64,000 nucleotides of DNA from an uncultured Methanosarcinaceae archaeon (GTDB lineage Archaea > Halobacteriota > Methanosarcinia > Methanosarcinales > Methanosarcinaceae): the NCBI GenBank assembly GCA_963847185.1, contig CAWJYV010000010.1:160001-224000 (forward strand), in the 5' to 3' direction. The translations under genes were made by a program, and so were the position numbers. The notes beneath the pieces were generated by a model, which was not told where the DNA came from, searched no databases, and saw nothing but the letters and a program-made list of their open reading frames with translations. Position 1 is the first letter of the stretch; every line of letters starts with the position of its first letter. Of this stretch, positions 31,828 through 42,800 are shown piece by piece.

Positions 31828-32880
31828 TTATGGCTTGCCCAATTCCCTATATTTTTTTGCGGCCACTGCTATTTTCTTATATTTTTCTTTTTCAAGCCGT
31901 TTCAGTCCGATTTCTGATTTTTTTGATTGGAATCTAAGTTCGTCAGTTAACCTGTGATAACTGGCCAGTCGCTCCTCTAAAATACGCCCGTCTCTTACTG
32001 CCTGCAGTACAGCGCAGCCCGGCTCTTCATGATGGGTGCAGTCTTTGAACCGACAGTTGCAGGCTTCGTTAGTGATATCGGGAAAAGCTTTTTCGAGGCC
32101 GTCTGCGGAATCTCCTAGCTGGATTTCCCTTATCCCTGGGTTGTCTATAAGAATTGCGCCATTTGGAAGCAGGAACATCTGACGGACTGTAGTTGTATGT
32201 CGCCCTCTCTCGTCGTCTTCTCGGACATCCGCTGTTTTCTGAACGGCTTCATCAAGTAAAGCGTTGATGAGTGTGGATTTTCCGACGCCTGAGGAACCTA
32301 CGAATATCGCTGTTTTCCCAGGGTTGAGATAAGGACTGAGTGCAGAAAGCCCGGTTTTTGAAAGGGCACTTAGGGGAATGACCGGCACGTCCCCTGCAAC
32401 AGGTTGTATTTTTTCTACCAGACATGTTGGGTTATCAGTAAGGTCGGTCTTGTTCAGTAAAATTACCGGGCTTGCTCCCGAAGAATACACAACTGTAAGA
32501 TATCTCTCAAGCCTTCTCAGATTCAGGTCTTTTCCTGCCGAGGTTACAATAAAGATGGTATCAATATTTGCAGCAATTAACTGCTCCTCGTTTCCATCCC
32601 CTGGAGCTCCTCTTGAAAGGCAGCTTTTTCTGGGCAAGATATTTACAATCATGCGTGAGCCCGATTCCGGCTGATTAAGTAAAACGACAAAGTCCCCTAC
32701 AACCGGCTGCTTACCAATTCTTCGGAGTGCCCCGGAAATTCCTGCCTGTACTACAGCTCCCGGAATAAGAATCTCACAGACGGTTTTATGCCGGGATGCC
32801 ACTCTTCCTGCCAGATAGGGACCTTTATAGGCAGAAAATGCCGATTCTAGCTCTTCATTCCATCCTGGAAGCACATTCAT
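31828..32880 (-). CDS. rsgA: Ribosome small subunit-dependent GTPase A
   Basis: Circularly permuted motifs [18 protein letters not shown] and DNPG; Zn site [14 protein letters not shown]. Confidence 0.93.
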   Translation of the reverse strand: MNVLPGWNEELESAFSAYKGPYLAGRVASRHKTVCEILIPGAVVQAGISGALRRIGKQPVVGDFVVLLNQPESGSRMIVNILPRKSCLSRGAPGDGNEEQLIAANIDTIFIVTSAGKDLNLRRLERYLTVVYSSGASPVILLNKTDLTDNPTCLVEKIQPVAGDVPVIPLSALSKTGLSALSPYLNPGKTAIFVGSSGVGKSTLINALLDEAVQKTADVREDDERGRHTTTVRQMFLLPNGAILIDNPGIREIQLGDSADGLEKAFPDITNEACNCRFKDCTHHEEPGCAVLQAVRDGRILEERLASYHRLTDELRFQSKKSEIGLKRLEKEKYKKIAVAAKKYRELGKP

Positions 32881-33034
32881 TAGTAATGACCTCAACTTTT
32901 CATATCAAAGGAAATCTATTGGAAAATCTATTGAATATACATGTCAACTTTGAATGAATAAGTATTTTGGTAATTATCTTTCATCGGCACGAGTTCGCCA
33001 GGCCGATTACAACTGAAGCACAGATGAAACATTC

Positions 33035-34012
33035 GACATCATATGCGATCCTGCATGCGGAACAGCCGGATTCCTTGTATGTGCAGGCGAACACCTGCGT
33101 GAACACTACCCTGATATCCTGCACGACGAAAAGCTGAGACAGCACTTCCACCACGGCATGTTCCACGGTTTTGATTTCGATAACGTCATGCTCCGCATAG
33201 GCAGTATGAATATGCTCCTGCACGGCGTGGAAAACCCCGATATCCGCTACCGCGATTCCCTGGCGCAGGAGAACGCCAGCGACGAAGAAGCCTACACCCT
33301 GGTGCTTGCCAATCCTCCATTTGCAGGCTCGCTTGACTACGAAAATACTGCAAAAGACCTTCTTCAGATCGTCAAGACCAAGAAAACAGAGCTGCTTTTC
33401 CTTGCCCTTTTCATGCGCCTGCTGAAGCCAGGCGGACGGGCTGCCGTTATCGTTCCTGACGGCGTACTTTTCGGCTCAAGCAAAGCCCACAAGGAGCTTC
33501 GCCGCATGCTTGTCGAAGAACAGAAGCTTGACGCCATTGTTTCACTCCCAGGCGGCGTTTTCAAACCCTATGCCGGCGTTTCCACAGCCATTCTCCTTTT
33601 CACAAAAACAAATTCTGGAGGCACAGACCATGTCTGGTTCTACGATGTTCAGGCCGACGGCTGGAGCCTTGACGATAAGCGCAATCCTCTCCTGAGCGAG
33701 GACAAACTGGGCCCTGTTCCCTCAACCGAGCTTAACGAAGACGAGCACGCGAAAAACAACCTTCCTGATGTCCTTTCTCGCTGGCAGGAGCGCAATTCCA
33801 GTGAACTCTCCCGCCCCCGCACAGAACAGAGTTTCTGCGTGCCAAAAGCCGACATCGCATCCCAGGGCTACGACCTTTCCCTCAACCGCTACAAAGAAGT
33901 CGTGCATGAAGAAGTGGAACACAGGCCCCCGAAAGAAATACTCGCAAGCCTCGCAAAACTGGAAGCCGAAATCCAGCAGGAGATGGCAGAACTGGAAGGG
34001 ATGCTGAAGTGA
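33035..34012 (+). pseudogene. hsdM: Type I R-M methyltransferase subunit, 5'-truncated
   Basis: [14 protein letters not shown] starts at ~33035, just after an in-frame TGA (33014) with no start codon; NPPF is intact; the N-terminal domain is absent. Confidence 0.8.
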
Positions 34013-35187
34013 TTTCACAAAGTACTTTCGGTGACGTCTATCCAATCAAACGTCTTGGCGAAATTGTTGAATTTCTTGATAGCAAACGTCGACCTGTTAC
34101 TGAATCTGATCGTCGTACTGGACCTTATCCTTACTATGGAGCAAATGGTCAGCAAGGTACAATTGACGATTACATATTCGATGAGCCTCTTGTCTTGCTT
34201 GCTGAAGATGGAGGTCATTTCGCAACACCTGAACGAGGGATCTCCTATTTAATTTCAGGAAAAACTTGGGTAAATAACCATGCTCATGTCCTGAGACCGA
34301 AAGCTGAAATAGATATTGTATTTCTCTGTCGCGTTCTTGAACACTATGATGTCACGCCATTTGTCACTGGTACAACTCGCGGGAAGTTAACCAAATCAGG
34401 AGCTTCGGAGATTCTGATTCCAGTTCCTCCGATGGAGGAACAAAAAAGAATTGCAGACATTCTGGACCGTGCGGAGGCTCTGCGAGCCAAGCGCAGAGCC
34501 TCCCTCGCTCAGCTAGATGAATTAGTTCAGTCTATTTTTGTTGAGATGTTTGGTGATCCTGCCACAAATCTAAAAAGATGGAAAACAAAGCCGCTTCGCG
34601 AGTTGGTAAGTGAGTTCCGTTATGGAACCTCAAATAAATCGCAAGCTGAGGGAAAGACTACTTTGAGAATTCCAAATGTTATAGGCGGGGTCATTGATTA
34701 TTCAGATCTAAAGTTTGTTCCAGTTGATGCCGCTGAGTTTGAGAGGTTGAAGCTTGTTGATGGTGATATACTGTTTGTCCGCACAAACGGGAATCCCGAT
34801 TTTGTTGGTCGTTGCGCTGTGTTCGACAGAGGCATTGCATTAAAGGCTGGTTATGTTGGTGATGAATTTATTTTTGCCTCTTATCTCATTCGTGCACGAA
34901 TCCAAACAGATCAGATTATTCCGATCTTCCTGCGTGAATTCATGCTTGGAAACGGAGGTAGACGAGAGCTACGTTCTCGATGTAAAACATCAGCAGGGCA
35001 GTTTAACATCAATACTGAGAATCTCGGAGCAATTGCTATTCCTATACCACCCCTTCCCATTCAGAAAGAGTTTGCCTGCCGTTTAGTAGCTATTGATAAA
35101 CTAAAAGAAACGCACAAAGCCTCACTGGCAGAGTTGGATGAGCTTTTTGCCTCTCTCCAGTATCGAGCTTTCAGAGGGGAACCGTGA
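34009..35187 (+). CDS. hsdS: Type I R-M specificity subunit
   Basis: Two TRDs with [14 protein letters not shown] and PPLPIQKEF conserved regions; GTGA overlap with hsdM. Confidence 0.92.
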   Translation: MISQSTFGDVYPIKRLGEIVEFLDSKRRPVTESDRRTGPYPYYGANGQQGTIDDYIFDEPLVLLAEDGGHFATPERGISYLISGKTWVNNHAHVLRPKAEIDIVFLCRVLEHYDVTPFVTGTTRGKLTKSGASEILIPVPPMEEQKRIADILDRAEALRAKRRASLAQLDELVQSIFVEMFGDPATNLKRWKTKPLRELVSEFRYGTSNKSQAEGKTTLRIPNVIGGVIDYSDLKFVPVDAAEFERLKLVDGDILFVRTNGNPDFVGRCAVFDRGIALKAGYVGDEFIFASYLIRARIQTDQIIPIFLREFMLGNGGRRELRSRCKTSAGQFNINTENLGAIAIPIPPLPIQKEFACRLVAIDKLKETHKASLAELDELFASLQYRAFRGEP

Positions 35188-35231
35188 ATGACCCTCTCAG
35201 CCCATGAAACGAATCTCAACGGAGCCGATTT

Positions 35232-38200
35232 ATGACTAATTTCGCCTTTCTCGAAGCCGAATGGCCTTCTTTGTATGAGGCAGCCATTAAAGCCTCAAAT
35301 GCAGTCCATCCTGACCCGCGTACTGCCTGTTTTTACGCAAGGAGAGCGCTGGAGCTTGCTGTGCAGTGGGTATATAAGCACGATTATACTTTGCTCCTGC
35401 CGTATCAGGATAATTTGAGTGCTCTTATTCATGAGCCTACATTCAAGAAAACTGCGGGAGAGGCGGTTTTCAACAAAGCACGAGTCATTATCCGGCTTGG
35501 AAATGAGGCTGTGCACAGCAACAGTACAATTCTGGAATATGATTCATTGACGGCTGTCCGTGAGCTTTTCCACATAAACTACTGGCTGGCCCGCACCTAT
35601 GCAAGGCAGGAGAAGCCTGAATCTGGGCTGAGTTTTGATCCGGAGGAACTGCCAGAAACAACTGTCCCGAAGCAGACGATAGAGCAGCTTCAGAAACTTG
35701 AAGCCAGCCTTCAGGAAAAGGACGAAAAACTCTCGGAGCTTCTGGCCGACAAATCCTCTCTGGACGAAGAACTTAAACGCCTGCGGGCCGAGGTTGCAAA
35801 GGCAAAAGAAGCTTCAGCCTTACAGCCGGACACACACGATTATTCCGAAGCTGAAACCCGCGACTACTTCATTGATCTTCTGCTTAAAGAAGCCGGCTGG
35901 GTTCTGGACAAAGTTCAGGATCGGGAATTTGAAGTCTCAGGCATGCCAAACGACAAAGGGATTGGCTTTGTAGACTACGTACTCTGGGGAGACGACGGCA
36001 GGCCTCTTGCGCTGGTCGAAGCAAAAAGAACAAAACGTGATCCTCGGGTTGGCCAGCAGCAGGCAAAACTCTATGCCGACTGCCTCGAAAAACAATTCGG
36101 GCAAAGGCCTTTGATTTTCTACTCAAACGGCTACGAGCACTGGATCTGGGATGATAACAACTATCCTCCAAGGCAGGTTCAGGGCTTCTACAAAAAAGCC
36201 GAACTTGAACTGCTCGTCCAGAGGAGGAGTACTCGAAAACCTCTTGCTGAAGCTGATATTAACTCAAAAATAGCCGGCCGCCACTATCAGACCCGTGCCA
36301 TCCGCCGCATTGCAGAATCCTTTGAAAAAGACAGCAGCCGGAAAGCTCTGGTAGTAATGGCAACAGGCGCAGGCAAGACGCGAACCGTAATTGCACTCTG
36401 CAACCTGTTAATGCGCTGCAACTGGGCAAAACGGGTGCTCTTCCTGGCTGACCGCGTGGCTCTTGTAAAACAGGCGGTAAACGCCTTCAAGCAGAATCTG
36501 CCCGATTCTTCACCTGTGAACCTTGTCACGGAAAAAGATACGGAAGGTAGAGTATTCGTTTCTACCTATCCGACAATGATGAAACAGATAGACGAAATAA
36601 ACAATGGGCAGAGGCGCTTTGGAGCTGGACATTTTGACCTTGTAATCATCGACGAAGCCCATAGATCCGTCTTCAAGAAATACCGTGCCATTTTTGAATA
36701 CTTCGATTCCCTGCTTGTAGGACTTACAGCGACGCCCAAAGACGAAATTGAAAGGAATACCTATCGCCTCTTTGACCTAGAAAACGGCGTGCCTACAGAC
36801 GCTTATTCTCTGGACGAAGCGATAAAGGACGGATTTCTTGTTCCTTTAAAAGCAGTATCAGTGCCCCTAAAATTCCAGCGTGAGGGGATTAATTACGATG
36901 AGCTTCCTGACGATGAAAAGGATCAGTGGGATTCTCTTGAGTGGGATGAAGAAGGAGAAGTTCCTGACCGGATAGAAGCCGAAGCTGTCAACAAATGGCT
37001 CTTCAACAAAGATACTGTCGATAAAGTGCTTGAACATATGATGATCCGGGGGCAGAAAGTTGCTGGAGGTGACCGTCTGGGCAAAACTATCGTCTTTGCA
37101 AAAAATCAGGCTCATGCTGAGTTCATTGCTGAAAGATTCAACATCAACTACCCTCATTTCAAAGGCGAATTCGCCAGAGTTATCACTTTCAAAACCGAGT
37201 ACGCTCAGGACCTTATAGACAAATTCTCAGACAAAGAAAAAGCTCCCTATGTCGCCATCTCAGTTGACATGCTCGATACGGGCATAGACGTACCGGAAGT
37301 CCTGAACCTTGTTTTCTTCAAACTGGTGCGTTCTAAAACAAAGTTCTGGCAAATGATAGGACGTGGTACCCGCCTCTGTCCCGACCTGCTTGGACCAGAG
37401 CAGGATAAAGAGTTCTTTTATCTCTTTGATTACTGCCAGAACCTTGAATTCTTCAGCCAGAACCTCGAAACTGTCGATGGCGCCCTTGCGGAATCACTCG
37501 GTACCCGCCTTTTCAAAACCAGGCTTGAATTAATCTCTGAACTTGACAGGAAACTCGATGCTGGCGCTGAATGCCATATAGGCAGGGACCCAAAGGAAAT
37601 TTACGGAGAACCGGCAACAGAAGCCGAAGTTCGCTTCTCGTTTGCCATAATGCTCAACAGAGAAGTTGCTTCCATGAACCTGGATAACTTTATCGTACGA
37701 CCAAAGAGGAAGCTCATAGAAAAATACTCAAAACACGATACATGGATCAGGTTGTCTAGCGAAGAACTGGCTGAACTGGCCCACGAAGTCGCAGGTCTAC
37801 CATCAGAACTGGAACCGGAAGCAGAAGAAACGAAACGTTTTGATTATCTGATACTGAATATTCAGCTGGCTTTACTGCGTTCCGAACCCTCCTATGAGCG
37901 TCGGATTAACCAGGTAAAGGATATTGCCGGCCTCCTTGAAGAAAAATCAGCCATTCCGATGGTACGCGACCAGATGCTACTGATTCAGGACGTGCAAACT
38001 GATGAGTGGTGGCAGGATGTCACAATTCCAATGCTGGAATCTCTTCGAAAATGTCTGCGTCTCCTTGTAAAACTGATCGAAAAACAAAAAAGGAAGCCTA
38101 TATACACCGATTTTGAAGATGAAATTGGCAGTGAAATAGACGTAGAGTTGCCAATCTTCGCTGGAGCTGGGGATTTTGAGAAATTCCGCATGAAAACCAG

Positions 38201-38669
38201 GACCTATCTTCTTCAGCATCAGGACAACATAGTTATCCACAAGCTTCGGATGAATATAGCATTGGCCTCATCCGACCTTGATGAGCTCGAAAAAATGCTT
38301 TCCGAAAGCGGTGTAGGAAAACCTGAAGATATAATTCGTGCTAAAGAGGAATCAAAAGGTTTAGGCCTGTTTGTACGTTCCCTGGTGGGGCTTGATCGTG
38401 AAGCTGCAAAACAGTCGCTTGCTACATTCATATCAGGCAAAACCCTAACAGGAAACCAGATCGATTTCATAGACATGATTATAAACCACCTTACCGAACA
38501 TGGAGCAATGGATGCGGCTTTGCTGTACGAATCTCCATTTACTGACCTTACACCACAGGGTCCTGATGGACTTTTCACCTCGGCTCAGGTGGATGAGTTA
38601 ATAACAGCACTGGAACAGATAACAGCAGCAGCATTTGTGTCCCCCGGTTCGCAGCAGATTATTGCATAA
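35232..38669 (+). CDS. hsdR: Type I R-M restriction subunit (EcoEI-like)
   Basis: VDY..VEAKR nuclease, QQQAKLY, MATGAGKT, DEAH, GLTATP and QMIGRGTR. Confidence 0.93.
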   Translation: MTNFAFLEAEWPSLYEAAIKASNAVHPDPRTACFYARRALELAVQWVYKHDYTLLLPYQDNLSALIHEPTFKKTAGEAVFNKARVIIRLGNEAVHSNSTILEYDSLTAVRELFHINYWLARTYARQEKPESGLSFDPEELPETTVPKQTIEQLQKLEASLQEKDEKLSELLADKSSLDEELKRLRAEVAKAKEASALQPDTHDYSEAETRDYFIDLLLKEAGWVLDKVQDREFEVSGMPNDKGIGFVDYVLWGDDGRPLALVEAKRTKRDPRVGQQQAKLYADCLEKQFGQRPLIFYSNGYEHWIWDDNNYPPRQVQGFYKKAELELLVQRRSTRKPLAEADINSKIAGRHYQTRAIRRIAESFEKDSSRKALVVMATGAGKTRTVIALCNLLMRCNWAKRVLFLADRVALVKQAVNAFKQNLPDSSPVNLVTEKDTEGRVFVSTYPTMMKQIDEINNGQRRFGAGHFDLVIIDEAHRSVFKKYRAIFEYFDSLLVGLTATPKDEIERNTYRLFDLENGVPTDAYSLDEAIKDGFLVPLKAVSVPLKFQREGINYDELPDDEKDQWDSLEWDEEGEVPDRIEAEAVNKWLFNKDTVDKVLEHMMIRGQKVAGGDRLGKTIVFAKNQAHAEFIAERFNINYPHFKGEFARVITFKTEYAQDLIDKFSDKEKAPYVAISVDMLDTGIDVPEVLNLVFFKLVRSKTKFWQMIGRGTRLCPDLLGPEQDKEFFYLFDYCQNLEFFSQNLETVDGALAESLGTRLFKTRLELISELDRKLDAGAECHIGRDPKEIYGEPATEAEVRFSFAIMLNREVASMNLDNFIVRPKRKLIEKYSKHDTWIRLSSEELAELAHEVAGLPSELEPEAEETKRFDYLILNIQLALLRSEPSYERRINQVKDIAGLLEEKSAIPMVRDQMLLIQDVQTDEWWQDVTIPMLESLRKCLRLLVKLIEKQKRKPIYTDFEDEIGSEIDVELPIFAGAGDFEKFRMKTRTYLLQHQDNIVIHKLRMNIALASSDLDELEKMLSESGVGKPEDIIRAKEESKGLGLFVRSLVGLDREAAKQSLATFISGKTLTGNQIDFIDMIINHLTEHGAMDAALLYESPFTDLTPQGPDGLFTSAQVDELITALEQITAAAFVSPGSQQIIA

Positions 38670-38843
38670 GAAATTTAGAAATAATAGGTTGCTCATTCAC
38701 ATTTTTATTGCACTTTATTGTCACCTCATAGTGGTGGCAATTTAATGAGTAAATTGTCTACTTAGTGATATGAAAGTTAACTATTGTTTCAACTTATTCT
38801 GAAAATCACTCTTTCGACTGTATTTTTTCCTTTTTTGTGGAGG

Positions 38844-38866
38844 CGCCGCCAGTCAAGCTGGCGGAG
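38844..38866 (+). repeat. REP-like hairpin family A, copy 1
   Basis: CGCCGCCAGTCAAGCTGGCGGAG, identical to 40189-40211. Confidence 0.75.
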
Positions 38867-39353
38867 GCACTTTGTAAAATCTAACTGAAAAATGGCTTCC
38901 AGGGTAAAAATATGTTATTTTACAGTTTCTATAAATTGCTTTTTGGAAGTATAATTAATTATGAATTTATATTTAATTCATTAGTGAACTTATTTAGTGT
39001 TTATTAGTGTTTATATTGCAGATAGAGGGCTTTAGGGGGCTAATTTAAGATCTAAGTCCAGGGCTGATTTACAAACTAATCTAAGACTTTATAATATAAA
39101 TGTGGATTTATAATTACTGTTTTATACTACTAATGCGTTTGTTCTCTAGACGTATGTTTACGTTACATCTTCGAATGGCTGATTTTTCGGCATACAAAAA
39201 CGTACTTGAAGATACAGTGCTATTCCGGCGTCTGGAAGGACTAAATACTCAAAATAAAGCGCTTAAGGCTGAAAAACAGTACTCGTCTTATCCATGATTT
39301 AGCAGACAAACTTCTTTTACATCAAAAATTGTCATTTTTCGGGGAATAAACTA

Positions 39354-39911
39354 ATGAAAACTGGACTGTTATTACTGATAATCACATTGACAGTGTTGAC
39401 CTTTTCGACTGCGGGTTCTGCCCAGGAAAACACTACAGATAATGCCACAGACAACACCACAAGTGCCATAGCTGTCTTGAGGGACGCAGAGAATAATACT
39501 GTAGGATTAGCTACCTTTAACGAGGATGTCTTTGGCCTGGTTCACATACAGGTTCTCGTTAGCGGCCTGACACCGGGCTTGCATGGCATCCATATTCACG
39601 ATAACGCGAACTGCACCGAGCCGTCCTTTACTTCTGCAGGCGGGCACTACAACCCTCTGGGTAAAGAACATGGCCTCGCAAATCCAAAAGGCCCTCATGC
39701 CGGTGATCTGCCCAACCTTGTAGTGGGCTATGATAACACGGGATATATGGCTGTCGTCACCAACCTTGTGACGCTGTCACCCGGACCGACCACGCTACTC
39801 ACAGACAACGGCACTGCATTTGTCATCCATTCAGGCCCTGACGACCAGATGACAAACCCTGCTGGCAACAGTGGAGAACGGATTATCTGTGGGGCCATCG
39901 AGAAAAAATAA
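39354..39911 (+). CDS. sodC: Secreted Cu/Zn superoxide dismutase
   Basis: Signal peptide; HGIHIH, GGHYNP, HAGDLPNL and GNSGERIICG. Confidence 0.95.
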   Translation: MKTGLLLLIITLTVLTFSTAGSAQENTTDNATDNTTSAIAVLRDAENNTVGLATFNEDVFGLVHIQVLVSGLTPGLHGIHIHDNANCTEPSFTSAGGHYNPLGKEHGLANPKGPHAGDLPNLVVGYDNTGYMAVVTNLVTLSPGPTTLLTDNGTAFVIHSGPDDQMTNPAGNSGERIICGAIEKK

Positions 39912-40188
39912 GTTTTATACACTACGTAAAAAATAACGCAGAAGTAAGCGATTGAGAATTCCAGTAGAATGAAAGTCATTTAAGGCTTTTCATAAGGCTT
40001 TTCTCATTTTGCTGGAAAAAATATTTTTTTTTCAAAAGGCTTTTTTGGGTTCTATCTGCTTATAACTGCCTCTTCAATCTTCAGACTCCATCCAATTTAC
40101 CTGAATTATTGCCCGTAAAAAAGGAATTTATAGTCTCTATTCTTGAGAAATTACTCTTTTTTAAATCTAATTTTTCTTTTAGATGAGA

Positions 40189-40211
40189 CGCCGCCAGTCA
40201 AGCTGGCGGAG
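40189..40211 (+). repeat. REP-like hairpin family A, copy 2
   Basis: Identical 23-mer in the same orientation as 38844-38866. Confidence 0.75.
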
Positions 40212-40420
40212 TCTATTATCAAAATCGGATTGAAAAACTGCATATTAGCTAAGAAATACCTTTGATTGATCAGATGGCATTAGGCATTTTACAAATTTCT
40301 ACCAGCTTTCAAAAATCTCAATTTTTTTCTAAACTATAAAAATCTCTATTTCCAAATTTATTTACGAATCTCATTTTTGCCCAACATATTTATATTTTTC
40401 ATTTTTTATTATAAACTTTT

Positions 40421-40462
40421 AGAAAATTATATATATTATTATACGGAAACAACTTACCGTAT
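40421..40462 (+). promoter_or_regulatory. mtbC promoter with downstream inverted repeat
   Basis: AGAAAATTATATATA BRE/TATA, then ATACGGAAA-CAAC-TTACCGTAT. Confidence 0.5.
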
Positions 40463-40518
40463 TCCGATTTATGGAAGGCAAATGCAGTTATATTGAGATG
40501 TAGACAAGGACAGAAAAA

Positions 40519-41163
40519 ATGGCAGATATAGAAGCGTTACTGAGTGAGGTTGCTGATGCGGTAATCTCCTGTAAAAAAGATAAAGTGCTTGAGGCAGTAG
40601 CAAAAGCGAAGGCAGAGCTCCCGCCGGAAGAGATCATAGAAAAAGGGCTATCTGTTGGCATGAATCAGGTAGGAGTTTTGTTTGAGAGAGGGAAACTCTT
40701 CCTGCCTCATGTTATGATGGCGGCAGATGCAATGACTGCAGGCGCAAAAATGCTTGAAGAAGAAATGCCTGCAGGGACGCAGGAAAAGAAGCTTGGCGTT
40801 ATTGTAAATGGCACAGTAGAAGGAGACGTGCACGACATTGGCAAGTCAATCGTCTCAACTATGCTTCAGTCCGCTGGTTTTGAAGTGCATGACATAGGCA
40901 GGGATGTCCCGGTCAGGAATTTCATAGAAAAGGCAAAAGAAGTCGACGCCGACATGATCGGAATTTCTGCTCTCATGACCACAACTCTTCAGGGGCAAAG
41001 GGAAATCATTGACCTGCTCAAAGAAGAGGGCCTCAGGAACAGGATAAAGGTCATGGTAGGAGGCGCTCCTGCAACCCAGGCCTGGGCTGACAAAATCGGT
41101 GCTGACTGCTACGCCGAAAACGCAAGCGAAGCCGTGGCAAAGGCAAAAGAACTGCTGCTCTGA
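40519..41163 (+). CDS. mtbC: Dimethylamine corrinoid protein
   Basis: GDVHDIGK B12-binding motif, SALMTTT and MVGGAP; upstream of mtbB. Confidence 0.93.
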   Translation: MADIEALLSEVADAVISCKKDKVLEAVAKAKAELPPEEIIEKGLSVGMNQVGVLFERGKLFLPHVMMAADAMTAGAKMLEEEMPAGTQEKKLGVIVNGTVEGDVHDIGKSIVSTMLQSAGFEVHDIGRDVPVRNFIEKAKEVDADMIGISALMTTTLQGQREIIDLLKEEGLRNRIKVMVGGAPATQAWADKIGADCYAENASEAVAKAKELLL

Positions 41164-41320
41164 ACCCCACAAGTCAGTTAAAAAATGTAAATAGCTGATC
41201 TAAACCCCAATAATCAATCCTGAACCCCACGATAGCTATTCTGAAATCAAATAATAAATTCAGAAACCTCCAATAGCTATTCTGAACCCTATTATGGCTC
41301 AAAAACGAAATAATCACTCG
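41160..41320. repeat. Degenerate 20-21 bp tandem units between mtbC and mtbB
   Basis: About 7-8 units near consensus CTGAACCCCAnnATAGCTATT. Confidence 0.55.
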
Positions 41321-41367
41321 ATAAATCAACCCCAAAAACCAAAGAATTTGAAGGAGGAAACTAAAAA

Positions 41368-42771
41368 ATGGCAACTGAATATGCCCTGAGGATGGGCGAT
41401 GGCAAAAGAATCTACCTCACGAAAGAAAAAATCCTCAGTGAGATTGAAACCGGATCTGGAAATGCTTCCGATCTCGGGGAAATCCCGGACCTGAGTGCTG
41501 ATGAACTCGACAAGCTTGCAGAAATCCTTATGATGCCCGGAAAAGCTGTCAGTGTCGAGCAGGGTATGGAAATTCCTGTAACTCACGACATTGGTACCAT
41601 AAGGCTTGATGGTGACCAGGGAAACAGCGGTGTAGGTATTCCTTCAAGCCGGCTTGTTGGCTGTATGACGCATGAGAGGGCATTTGGTGCAGATACCATG
41701 GAACTCGGGCACATTGACTACAGTTTCAAGCCCGTAAAACCTGTTGTTTCAAACGAGTGCCAGGCAATGGAAGTCTGCCAGCAGAATATGATAATTCCTC
41801 TTTTTTATGGCGCAATGCCGAACATGGGACTTTACTATACTCCAGATGGACCTTTTGAAAATCCGGGCGACCTTATGAAGATGTTTAAAATCAGCAAGGC
41901 AAGGGAGTCCATGGAGCATGCTGCCGATCACCTTACCAGGGATACTGTCTGGGTTATGCAGAAACTCTTTGCCTCAGGGGCAGATGGAGTTAACTTCGAT
42001 ACAACTGCTGCAGCCGGAGACGCTGACATGTACGGTACTCTCAGCGCTGTGGAAATCCTGAGGGCTCAGTTTCCGGAGATGTATATCGAAGTAGGCATGG
42101 CAGGAGAAATGGTACTTGGCATGCACGGAGAGCTTGAATACGACGGAGTCAGGCTTGCCGGGCTCTGGCCGCATGAGCAGGCTCCTCTGGTTGCAAAGGC
42201 TGGAGCAAACGTTTTTGGTCCTGTGTGCAACACAAATACCAGCAAGACTTCAGCCTGGAACCTTGCCCGTGCAGTTACTTTCATCAAAGCGACAGTTGAA
42301 GCTTCTCCAATTCCCTGCCACGTAAACATGGGTATGGGAGTTGGCGGAATTCCCATGCTTGAAACTCCTCCTGTCGATGCAGTTACCAGAGCTAGCAAGG
42401 CAATGGTCGAGATTGCAGGCGTAGACGGCATATAGATCGGGGTCGGCGACCCTCTGGGTATGCCGATCTCGCACATAATGGCTTCAGGTATGACCGGAAT
42501 TAGGGCTGCAGGTGACCTTGTTGCAAGAATGGAATTCTCAAAAAACATGCGGATTGGAGAGGCAAAAGAGTACGTGGCAAAGAAATTCAATGTTGACGTC
42601 CTTGACCTTGTAGATGAACATGTCATGCGTGAACTGCGCGAGGAACTCGATATAGGTGTCATAACTTCAGTTCCTGGGGCTGCAAAAGGTATTGCTGCAA
42701 AGATGAACATCGAGAAGTTGCTCGGTGTCAGGATCAACTCCTGCGAACAATTCAGAGGACAGCTTGCCTGA
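41368..42771 (+). CDS. mtbB: Dimethylamine:corrinoid methyltransferase with pyrrolysine (467 aa)
   Basis: [14 protein letters not shown] start; in-frame TAG at 42433-35 (codon 356, GVDGI-O-IGVGDP) joins the two ORF-track pieces. Confidence 0.97.
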
Positions 42772-42800
42772 GAAGGAAATCTTGACAAAAAGGTGATTTT

